64,000 nt of DNA, from NCBI RefSeq assembly GCF_000150275.1, contig NW_002060957.1, positions 722,170 to 786,169 of the forward strand. The letters run 5' to 3'. A model generated the notes under the pieces. The model had not been told where the DNA came from, made no database searches, and was given only the letters and a program-made list of their open reading frames with translations. Of this stretch, positions 26,101 to 38,001 are shown piece by piece (within the stretch, counting starts at the first letter, position 1; each line of letters starts with the position of its first letter). Both the position numbers and the translations under genes were made by a program. The stretch is from Trichoplax adhaerens (lineage: Eukaryota; Animalia; Placozoa).

Positions 26101-29100
26101 GTAACACAGCCTCAGACTATCAATTGATTAATCAACGAATCTACTTACTTCTCTTGAAATAATAGAATCTCTTTTACTTTTTAAAACTATCATTACTTTC
26201 AAATGAGTTCGAGTTGTATCACCATGGGGGTAATTTTTTTACAATCAATTTGTCATTAGATTGAATATATTATGCATTATTTATTTCTAACGATATTACT
26301 ATTTCATCTATACAGTATTAAATAAGTATAACATTGTTATGTGGCACAATTCTACAATGTCTTTTTCTCAGTCTATAATAGTTATAATCCTTAGCATTTA
26401 AAGTGACTTTAAATCAAGAAGGAATGTGCAACCGACGTTATGGTGACATGATAGAAGTTGTCGAAGTTAGTTAAAAGCAAACTCTAAGTGTAATAATGAA
26501 TATCTACCATGTTTGTATCAATAAATTGACTATGTTGAATTGGTAGTCGCGTCTACTATTGAATCAGTCAAATAGAATTACATCTCAAATCTACGAATTC
26601 CAGTTATTGCCAAACAAATGAAGTAAATGGACAACATGTATTAATCATTATTGTCCTAGTCTTGGATACCATAAGTATTTATACAACAATTAAAGGATTT
26701 TTTTTTTTTTTTGGCCAAGTGGTACAGTAATCGTTAAATAGTGTAGTAAGAGGGCCAACGTAATGTGAATGAATAACACAATTATTATTATTATTGGAGT
26801 ACGTGAAGAACAGTATTATCGTGACAATATTTTGAAGAGTAATTATTCATTTTGACTGCAGGACATCAACTTGATGGGTATTATTACGGTAAATAAACTG
26901 TAGTTGAAATTTTATTTATTTGTATTTAATGATAAGAGTATTACTAGGCCAGATTATTTCCTGGTCATTATGTTGAAGAGGAACCCTAGGTAGCTGTTTG
27001 ATGATACACATCCGATAAAATAGCAAGGATATTTTTTCTTAGCACCGTAGGCAAGAAAAAATTTGCGTTAATTGAAAAAGAAATAAAAGCTGCTATTAAA
27101 TCAAATCGCATCAAAATAGCAGCAACGTATTGTGGCATTCTAACTAAGATAGAGAATCCTATTGGTGATATCATCGTAATAAATGTAGATTATCAATGTT
27201 AAGACAACATATTAAAGTAACTCTATATATCGAGGATAAAAAAGTCTTCAATAAAAAGTATAAATTTTAAAAATGGGGGGGGGGGGTTGAATTCTTGCAT
27301 TAGAAGTATTTAAAAAGCAATGAATAGAAAGCAGCCTTTGTTATCCCGTCAGTAGTATAAGTTAAAGAAATCTGGCGAGCCCCTACTTCTAAAGTATCGT
27401 ATTAGGAAACAATCAATAGAAACAAACCTCTACTTTAACCATTAATTTAATTTACGCTTAGAGTATCGCAACGTCATGTTAAGGATAGTTGAATTGATGA
27501 AGAAATCCATTGGGTAGGAATAGCAAAGAACTGCAAAGTGCAGTTGTATAAAAATATTACATAGTCTAGGTTGCAATAACTCATCTATTAATCTTGTAAG
27601 ATAACATTGACAAGATTATCATGTTTCAAGTTGGATTGATGAAACCAATACTCAATGCTTGACCTTGTTATTGCGCGCTATTAACCACTAAGCGATGACG
27701 TACTTTTGATCAATGAATTGTTAATGTAATGAGGATAAAGATTGCAGTTTTGACTATCAAGCGAATACAGTTGAATTTCTTGTATCATCATTAATCCTAT
27801 TGCTGTCTTACCTGATGCGATAAAAAACGTCGATTGCCTTTTCTTTTTCCACCTTGATAGAGAAAAATAAACAAAAAAAAGGCAATTTTATTTTGTGTTG
27901 AAGGAGATGGCATCGTGAACAATTAAAATTATATCAATCCATCGATTGAAGTTAATATCATTGTTATCGTATTCAATTTAGCACTTGATAGTAATAACGC
28001 CAGTAATATTCATGTTACTGGCCATCATTTGAATGATATAACTGTTATTACTCAATGATATTCTATTTTGACAGCAGATGATCAAAGTCAAATACATGTG
28101 GATTTTTCATCCTACTATGAAATACAATTTTAATGACCACATTGTAACTCGATGCAATCGCTATCATCTTATTAACCATCTTTGCCTACATCATCGCTCG
28201 TATGTGGATTAGTATAAGGGCCAAGGATGGAGATAGGGCAACATCCACATCCAACGCTATTTATTGACAAGAAAATTACTCATGGTGATGATGGTTTAAG
28301 TTGTTGTAGCTTTAGCAAGCTGAGTATTGTTTCAAGGGTATTGTATTGCCTGGACAAGAAGTCATATCGTCAAGACAAAACTATCAATAACAGATGAAAG
28401 ACAAAAAAAAAATTGCTTCCATAGTGGGGCAAAATTGTGACCGTAGGTCATGAGTTAATACTACTGGATGTAGTTGTACAATCTGCTTATTTTATTCACT
28501 AGACTAGTGGATTAAAAAAAAAAATATTAAACAATCGGACGTAGACATTCTGTAGGGCATAGCATCAGGTTAATAAATATAAACCAAGTGACAACAACAT
28601 CCATCCTATGCTTAGCAATGACTACAGGATATACTCTCTGGAGAAGGAGGGTATATCATAGAGTCATAAGTCCAATAGGGTTGAAAAAAACAAAAAAGAA
28701 ACAACCCAATTAAGACGGTAGACTTTGGTGCTGCTCTATGTTATACGTAGATCATTTTCAATGCGATGGAGTATCGGCATGACTGAATTACTGTAGGATA
28801 ACTGGTCATAACGATACAATCGATTGATACTAATTGGATAAATTTTAGTTAATTTATACAATACTTTCTTCGTCATCATTAAATCACTTCAAGTCAAGAT
28901 ATAGACTGAAAATACTCGTATTTTGATCGATCGTTGCAATAATCCATTGGCCAAGGTAAAGGGACTTGTAATACTGCCATGATAAAGCCCCCCCCCCCAA
29001 AAAAATAAATGTGGAAATACAAGACTATCGATCGTTTGGTAAATTGTACCCCATTGACCGACATCTCCAACATTAGATCGTATGTCGGTGCTTTTCAAGT

Positions 29101-30375
29101 TGGAAGGCCTTGAATATACAACACAGAGTACGTCTTAGCGTAGTCTATCAACGTTGCCGTTGAAAATGGAGTATTGGACTAAGCAAAACGATCGATACCC
29201 ATGGCATTTTTAGTGTTATCAATGGCTTGACTGTATGCTTAGACAATTCCTAGTTAGCTGACAAAGCGTCCATTATCTTCTCCTTGAAATGATGAGAACT
29301 GGATGGAGAGCAGCTGCACTATTATAATGTGATAGGGAACAAGTGGAGAGAGTAATGGCAAAGCGTACAAGGGTAGAAACATGTCGGCTTGATTTTTCGA
29401 ATCCTTGTCCACTTGGATGAGTGTTATTTATGGTTGGAGATGAACAAGACACTATCAGTGGATTTTGGCAATAAGGTGAAACAACTGGTGATGGAAGGAT
29501 AGCCGTGGATGGATATTATTTGCTAAATGAATACTGCACTATGTACACAATATCAGGAATGAGGTGAAAAGTAGAACCTTTTATTTGTGTTGTTTTCTCC
29601 GCCCCAGATAGGATCGACTATCATGATTCCTAATATAGTGGATATGATGTAGGAAAGAGACAAGAGATAAAGGATGATCATAACAGACGAGTGATCGCAT
29701 CACTGAATATGATCGCTTTGCGTTTTATCCGCAATGAAAGTGTTTATCCTATGCGTTGACCAAATCATTATTGAATGATTGAGAAAGGGATGATGAGACT
29801 AATGCGATTATACGATATGCAAGTAGTCAATTGAATAGGTAAGTGTTTACACCCAAGACAAGTTATCCTCTTCTCTCTATCCTTTGCTTACCGTTATTTT
29901 CGTAATGATGAATAAAAATGGTTTCTTTATGTTGCTGTGATAAATCTACACATCGATTGCAATCGGATAGCCAAAATAAAGGAAGAAGGATGATCGAGAA
30001 AGTAAAGAGAGAGAGAGAGAAAATAGTTATCCATCAAGTCCATTGAACGTTATCTACTGTAATACCATTTTAATGCTAGTCGTTATCAATAACAGATTGA
30101 CTAGTGCCAAATCAATCTCTACGCTAATACAATGATAGATGAATCAGTTGGAGCTAATTAGCAAGACTATTCCCTTGTTGGACATGAAAAACTAAGCCAC
30201 TATTGGCCTTGATGGCCATGAGATTGCAAAGAGGATAGTACTGACCTTCTCGATCGCTAATATGTTGAATGTTGGCATCGAGGCCAGGGCTATTGTCTTC
30301 CGAGGGTAGAGGATCGAAATCGTCATTGGCCGTGTTGGACGATGCAGTTAAGACACAACAATTGAGATTGCCCAT
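23121..30375 (-). CDS. CCNY: Cyclin Y, 11 coding exons
   Basis: Exons 30375-30246, 29945-29892, 27852-27812, 25450-25356, 24817-24782, 24532-24478, 24231-24145, 23940-23796, 23687-23636, 23505-23343, 23231-23121 join in frame. N-terminal MGNLNCC (myristoyl/palmitoyl-type motif), [77 protein letters not shown]. Confidence 0.96.
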
Positions 30376-33031
30376 CTGATCGTTTGAAGACGATGTTGAC
30401 GAAAGGATCAGCAATGAAAGATCAAAGTCAGGCAGGCTCTATCCTTCCTGATCAATGTTACAACACTGATCCAAATGCGATCAGAATATCTCCAACGGTT
30501 GCCAAACAAGAATGATCAAGCTTGGTCGACGATTGTGGCTTCCTTTTCAACATTGAACCTGATGCCAGACAGTCTTTAAGCCAGTTGGAGTCTTCATCGC
30601 CGGATTGCCAGCTTTTTACTAGTGACAATACAGGTCCACCAAGGGTCAGGCCGGATGCCTAGCAGGACATCGCTTTCCACTGTAAGATAGAGTACAGTCT
30701 ACTGTAGACGACTATACAGTACAGTGTACAGTACTGTATACAGCGTGCTCTTTTTCGTTCCAGATTATTAAAGAAGTACTGTAAATGCTTTAATATTGAT
30801 CAAATTATGTAAAAAGTAATTCAAAAGGCATGTTGTTCAGAGCTTCTTCTTTCCGTACATAGCAATTTTGATGAGTTTCGTTCTCAAAATGTCGCTAAAC
30901 ATTAGTGTTACTTTATCGAAAAGGAAAAGGATCATGCTGCACAGTACTGTACAGTGTACAGTACTGTCCTGCAGAGTGCACAGTACTGTGCACTGTGTGT
31001 CTCTGAAGGGCGTGGACAGTGTGGACTATCCAGTCCAGTACAGTACTGTTCCATTGCTCAGTGCTCACGGTCTTCTAACCCATTTTTTCCAAGCGACAAC
31101 GGTATGTGTGCCCCCCCCCCCCCCATTCTGATACTGAATCAACCTTTGATGCAGCGTGTGGACGGTAGGCGTGCGTCATCGCTAGGCTTCAAGTGGGCCC
31201 AACTTGACCGTCACAGTGATTCTCCACATTAGACGTTTGCTAGGGAGGGGGTAAGCAAAATCCCACTTTACCCATTTTATCCATTCGTCATGGTGGTTCC
31301 CATCTTTTCATACTACATCAACGATTGCGGTACTATATGCCTATATCCACGTTGTAGGCATGCATCGTGTAGGGCTAAATTACTGTATTACAGCGCGGCA
31401 TGCCAGGCTGCCCTACATCGACCTCCCAAATCCAACTTCATGGTACTGTCTATGATGTCATTGATAGGATAGAATGGACTTGATTGGATCGCTTTTTACT
31501 TTTTTTTATTTGCCTCCATGCTATCAAGCATTGTTCCTCAGCATGAGTACCGAACAAGTGGTCATGGCGCAGTCACAACGACAGAAACGATAGCCCTGTC
31601 CTGATTTGCAATGAATCCAATCTTGGGCTGGCTCAATCCATTCAAAATCACTTTATGATTGGCTAAAGTGAATATGGACCCAGTGGGTATTTCTCAATGA
31701 CAAGAGCAGTGGATAGCGATCTCAATGTTAACTGATCTACTTTACATGTCTAATGTTTTGGTCATTCGACTATCCACACAGTCAATGACTATTATTATGA
31801 ATAAACTAACAAGAATGATACTCTCTATCGGCCATGGAGCAGTAGTCCCAATCCATCATTCATTGATTAGTCGTGTTTGTAATAGCTTGTAGACAGTGAA
31901 GCACAGTCAGTTCTATACTAGTACAGTACTTGTACAATGTCTACAATGGATAGTCATGCTGGTAGCGACTAGGGGCCGGGCCCGGCTGTACCTTTGCTGA
32001 GTCAGTGTCGAATTTTCATCAATACGATCGATAACGCTTCAAAAAGCGACACGATTTTTGCTCGAGGTGTCCTTGAAATTTCTACCTTCAATACTGTCCA
32101 TGCTATTTAAATTGGATGTCACCTTCAGGAATGGGTATGGAAGTAGCGATAACGCTTCAAAAAGCGACACGATTTTTGCTCGAGGTATCCTTGAAATTTC
32201 TACCTTCAGTACTATCCATGCTATTTAAATTGGATGTCACCTTAAGGAATGGGCATCTAACTAGCGATAACGCTTCAAAAAGCGACACGATTTTTGCTCG
32301 AGGTGTTCATAAGTAAATTGGCTGATTAGTCAGCATCATGTACAGTACCTTCAAATTTGATATGGGTCAAGGGAGGGTTCTCTCTCAATACGTACAGTAC
32401 AGTACAGTACAGTAGTCTCTCCTCTCTACAAAAGACAGTACTGTACTGAACTTTGTTCTACTGTACCACAGACTGTAGTCTACAGTACAATCGATCTGTC
32501 CCTTCGATGTACGTCCGATGCTTGATTATGCCTAAAACAACAGGGTGGAGTCCATCCCATATTGGTCAATGGAAAGCTTTCCTTGGCTCTCTCTATCAGG
32601 ACGTAGTCCCTCCCTCCCAGTGCCAAGGGACTGACTCATCCAAGACTGTACGCGACAGTACTGTACTGTCCTGTACTGTAGTTTGAAGGCATTTCGAAGG
32701 TCAACCGGATTGGTATGACTTGCGCGCGACATGCGCAGTGCCGCGCCACGTCCCAGTCCCGGTCGGGTCCCGGTACGTCGTAGTTGGTAACCATACCGAC
32801 TGTACTGTCAATGTACTGTACACTGTACAGGTACAATGCACATGCAACACTGATACTGTAGACAATATTGCATACACTACTGTATAAAACTTCCAATGTG
32901 AATGGAAACGTGTCATTGCCAGTCTTGCCTTTTTCCCAAAGAGGGCAACCTTGATCTAGTCAAGATTCTTGCGGCCTTCCTTCATTTCTCCATTCCATTG
33001 GACGACCACAAAAGGAAAGAATCAAGTAATC
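30376..33031. promoter_or_regulatory. Divergent (head-to-head) CCNY/DNAJC7 intergenic promoter region, relatively GC-rich and motif-dense
   Basis: Lies between ATG 30375 (-) and ATG 33032 (+). CAGTACTG-type clusters at ~30690-30745, 30940-31050, 32340-32490, 32640-32680 and 32800-32885; CpG-rich block at 32720-32785. Confidence 0.65.
32029..32306 (+). repeat. Tandem repeat, 118-bp period, about 2.35 copies
   Basis: Core CGATAACGCTTCAAAAAGCGACACGATTTTTGCTCGAGGT is identical at 32029, 32147 and 32265; the intervening sequences are near-identical. Confidence 0.95.
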
Positions 33032-36000
33032 ATGGAAAAAATGGATGTAGCTGTTGACGAGAACGGGGATAACTCTGCGTAAGTCATGTTATGTTACTTT
33101 GAGAAAGGAATGAGTTGTAAAGATTTGACTACAGTAGTCTTCAACAGTAAATACAGCCAACGCAAAGCATGACTACACTAGACTACGATATGCTCGCCCA
33201 TATGACATCCAGTAAGAGCATGAAGAATCAATAGTTTAACCAACTGTCAAAATGGCAAATACTACTAATACAGTCATCCAATGGCTATTTCTATCGGCGT
33301 AATACAACGTTGCAGAATTCATTGAATGAGTGTATGCAGGATACAATCAACGTTAGGAGTACTTCCTTCTTCTCAACGCTGATGCAATGGTAGACGACGT
33401 TCTTGGTGACGTTGATCCAAAGGGAGACGAGTTGAGACCGGGTAGAATCAATCGCCGATCCTAGCAGCAAACGCATCGTACAAAATTCTCATCCATAATT
33501 GACATCTTCTAATAAGGTCGCTAACCAATACACTACTACCCGTTGATTTTGTTGCTGATGGAACACTTCAATCCAGTCTACTATAAACAAGCATTCTTTG
33601 CAATCCAGTCTTGGTTGAATGCATTTCAACCAGATAGATCATTGGCTAGTTGCCACCTTCTCATCGACGTATCAAGTTTCCTGCCAACAACTACTCGACT
33701 CGACTGTAACTTGTAGAAATAGGACCACAATGAAGTAACATTACCATAATGGTCAAGAATCATACAATAGATTGGGTTCTACCACGGTATAGCCAATGCT
33801 GTGCAATCACCCTATAAAATCCAAACAATTTTCTCATATTATCCCATTCTATTTCATCCAAATCAAAGTCTGAAACACAACGTAAAAATCTACGTATTAG
33901 ATAGTCAATTCTTTCTCATACGACTTAGATCGTTCCTTTTAACTCAATCAATGTATTCAGCTTGCAATAGTTAACTTACTGTCAGGATAAAATGTCCTAA
34001 TTCCTTTTAGAAGCTTCTACAAGCTAGGCAATTATAGCAATAATAATCAGAATCATAGACCACGTTAACTAGTGTTATACCTAGTGCAAAAAAGTGGCCT
34101 ACAGCCAAATTTCCTATTCAATAAATAAATGATATCACTCCAAATACCTAATAAAGCAATTTTTAATACCCCCATCAAGGATACTCAATTACCACTATCA
34201 ATCATCGTTTGCGTGTCCAGCCTGCAGTCACATTCTTCCGTACTTACAGTATACCATAAACACAAAATAAACTTTAGACATCAATAATAATACGTTTTCT
34301 ACATTTATTCACACCTGGATTAATTGCATTTTATGCCCCTTCAAGTACGCATTAGTCATTTCAAGGAACTTACCGTTAGCAATATGCTTCATCTTTATAA
34401 TATTATAATTGATAGTGTGGCATGATACTTATGAGAATCAACAGATAGGTGTTCATACCTGTACGTAACGAACTCATTATAACGATGAAACATCCACCCT
34501 CTCCTTAAAGATCATACCGATTTTTACGTCTATTCAAATAGTGACACTAATGCAGTCTGACAATTTTACTCATAAAAGGTAGCAATAGTCAAATAAAGTA
34601 CACCATCAATTATAATGGAAATTCTATCTCTTAATCATTTACTCTTGCATGCTTATCAATATATAGGCTAGCGGAAGAGAAAAAAACTCTAGGCAATGAA
34701 GCATATAAGAAAGGAGACTACAAAGAAGCTTGCAAGTTTTATACGGAAGCTATAGGTAAAATTCTAGATAATTTATTGAAATACTGATCCTTAATTTTAT
34801 GTCTATTTCATAGAGGATTTTACATCTATAGTCTCTTTACTGTAAAATACGACTAGCATTATTAAATTTAAGATTGATTAAAGAACTTTACTCACAACTC
34901 TTGCACGACTAGTCTATCCATGATTATATATTTGGTGTTAAGACTAGGCAAAGCGATTGATTTCGTATACATTGTACCTTGCTATGATGCACTCTCGTTC
35001 TTTCTCATAAAAACTCAAAATTATCTAACAACTTTATGATATCTTTACTCAAAAGAGTTGAAGTCAAACAATCCCAACTACCTCTGCAACCGGGCTGCCG
35101 CTTTAATGATGTTAAATCGTCACAATGAAGCTCTAAATGATGCAGTTAGAGCCATTCAATTTGATGATAATTACGTTAAGGTTAGCCTGCTATTGTAATT
35201 AATCGACAACTACTCTACTGCCAAACTAATAAGGTTTGTTGCAAGTTAGTTGAAGTAATGATGCATATTGACCTCAAAGTAGAAAAGTGTCTTCAGATAT
35301 TATTTGCTTGAAATTCTGTAAACATAAAGAACTTCTTAATGTATTATGAACAATATCAATCATGTATTAATATCGGTAATTTCGTTAGGCATGCTTGTAT
35401 TACGATTTTCAAAGTCTGATCAATTACTGATCTAATACTAACATATAGAAATCATAATAGAATGATTCGCCATGCATTCTTTAAACTTCTACCGTCACCT
35501 AATACATGTACATCTTTTTTTGTCTTTTAGGGCCACTTACGTGTTGCTAAGTGCTATATGAATTTAGGAAAATTCGATTTGGCCCTACAATCCTTTGCGA
35601 AAGTAAGGTCATTAGATCCAGCCAATAAGCAAGTCAAACATGAGGTAAGTTAATGTCCGATTGTGCATAATTTCCAAACGACTTATAGCTAGGAATAATG
35701 CTCATAGTACAAGTAGTTAAAAAGCGATATTCTTTACGGCAATTCATCAAACATGGATGTATTTTAACGGCGAACCTTAACATTTGTTCTATGATTAACT
35801 ATATTATTCATTCATCGTTTAAGATTCAAAATGCCACATCACTCAAATTGTATTTCGAAAACGCTACAAAGCATATGGATAAAGAAGATTATCGACAGGT
35901 TTTGAATTTTAGTAATGTATTGCTACGGTTGATATTTCTCACTCCGTAAATTGATATTAATATGTTATGATCTAATTTATGTTATGTTAATTAAGTCCTC

Positions 36001-38001
36001 GAAATAGCTTAAGCTAATAGGACGAAACATTAAAATCTAAAAGCCTCTTGTTATAACCAATATACTCATATAGGTCATATATTGGATCGATAAAGCGCTA
36101 CAGATTTCACCCAGCTGCTTACAATTTAAATTTTTAAAAGTCGAAGCTTTGATTAAACGCGGGATCTTTAGCGAAGCCAGCTCTATTGTCAAGTCAGCAT
36201 GAACTATTACATTGTCGATTTTATTAACAGCCATTGTTGAAATATGCATGAATATTTTTCTATATCAATTTTTTTTTTTGCAATATTCAGTGACGTACTA
36301 CGAATGAATGATATGAATGCAGATGCATTGTATCTTCGTGGACTATGTCTTTACTATCAAGATTATGCAGAAAAAGCGAAGAACCATTTTATGCGCGTAC
36401 TTAAAGCAGATCCAGATCATAAGCGATCTAAGGACTCGCTGAAGGTATACCCTTCTACACAATAGCCATGACTACGTTAGTAATAATAAGTCCTACATTG
36501 CATTTTCTGTTATTTATTTATTTGCGAATAATAATTCATCTAGTTAATAAAAAGATTAATCAGTGCGAAGGAAGCTGGTAATGAAGCCTTTAAGAAAGGC
36601 AAGTATGAGGAAGCGTACAACAGCTACACGCAAGCATTAGAAATTGACCCTTATAACAAGTATATAAATTCGAAATTATACTGTAACAGGGCCACCACAC
36701 ATGCTAAGGTATAATATTGACACAAAATTTATTTCTAATCTTTAACTAAAATTCGAATTTTTAGTAACATTTTTGTAACTACCTGCATGTATGATTTCAT
36801 TAGCTCAATAGAGCAGAAGCAGCAATAGCCGATTGTTCGGAAGCAATCAAATTGGACGATAGCTATGTCAAAGCATACTTACGCAGGGCTAAATGGTATG
36901 ACGAATGATTACTTCATATTTTACCGCTATTTCGAATGGGTACATTTTACGATACGGATAACACTCTTTTTCTTCAGTTATATGGATACTGAACAATACG
37001 AAGAAGCGGTTAGAGATTATGAAAAGGTACTCCAACTAGATACGTCTCAAGGTAAGTTAGGAAATGTAAGGACAACTACCTTAATACTTCGGATTGTAAT
37101 GCTCGCTATTAGAAAATTGCAAGTTGTACCCTATACCAAATAATTAAGCCTATGGAATGTATATTTAATCTAATTACAGAACACAAGAGATTGGTAAAAG
37201 ATGCGAAATTAGAATTAAAGAAATCTAAGAGAAAAAACTATTATAAAATTCTTAATGTATCTAAAAATGCTACCGATGACGAAATTAAGAAAGCTTATCG
37301 TAAAGAGGCATTAAAGCATCATCCAGGTACTACCTACAGTTTTATCTGCCTCGATGGTATCTCAATTTAAGCTATTGTAGTTAACAATTTTTTCTTCTAA
37401 ATCTAAAGATCGTCATGCTAGTGCTACTGAAGAGGAGAGGAAAAAAGAAGAACTATTATTTAAAGAGGTCAAAAAGATGAATTTAGATTAGTGGTTTTAA
37501 CGTTATTAATATACTAACTGTGGTCGATTTATATTCAACAAGTAGGTAGGAGAAGCATATGCAGTTTTATCCGATAAACAGAAGCGCCATCGCTATGACT
37601 CAGGTCAAGACTTGGAAGATAGTTCATTTGGAGGTTTGTACTTTAATGATCGAAATACTAAAGCTACATTAAAAGACATGTATTGTCTTTCAAATCGTTG
37701 ATTCATAATTAACTCTTTAAAATTTTACAGCCGATATTAATCCTAATGACATTTTTCAAATGTTCTTTGGTGGCGGTGGTGGTGGTAATCCCTTTGGTGG
37801 AGGATCTCGATTTCGTAATAGTGGGGGTCATGATGATGGTACTTATTTATGATGACATAGTATTACAGCCAACAATTATTATGATTTATTATTAACTTTT
37901 ATTCAGTTTTAACTCAATTGATACAATTTACTATGACGCTGACACTTTTTTACTTTTTCATTTTACTAGGATATCCTGGCTTTACGTTTACTTTTGGTTA
38001 A
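33032..38001 (+). CDS. DNAJC7: DnaJ homolog subfamily C member 7 (TPR2), TPR repeats plus C-terminal J domain, 15 exons
   Basis: Exons 33032-33078, 34667-34755, 35056-35180, 35531-35644, 35824-35898, 36074-36192, 36291-36444, 36544-36708, 36804-36895, 36978-37051, 37180-37326, 37409-37467, 37546-37633, 37731-37838, 37970-38001. TPR motifs ([33 protein letters not shown]), [15 protein letters not shown] split by an intron, RYDSGQDL, Gly/Phe tail ending GFTFTFG*. Confidence 0.96.

Noticed and set aside
31975-32010. GCCGGGCCCGG resembling the 5' end of SRP (7SL) RNA
   Set aside because: Similarity stops after about 10 nt; no Alu-domain or S-domain continuation is visible.
32029-32306. CRISPR-like array (identical 40-bp repeats at regular spacing)
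   Set aside because: The spacers are near-identical to each other and ~78 bp long, there are no cas genes, and the context is eukaryotic. It is an ordinary tandem repeat.
30868-32916. Several 60-92-aa ORFs rich in STV/YST/TVQ (also 20299-20511)
   Set aside because: They are translations of the CAGTACTG/TACAGT motif clusters in promoter DNA, with no protein-like features.
12534-38001. U12-type or non-canonical introns in INTS3, CCNY or DNAJC7
   Set aside because: All junctions I traced are ordinary GT-AG without the RTATCCTT donor; the gtatcctt strings seen fall in exons on the opposite strand or in repeats.
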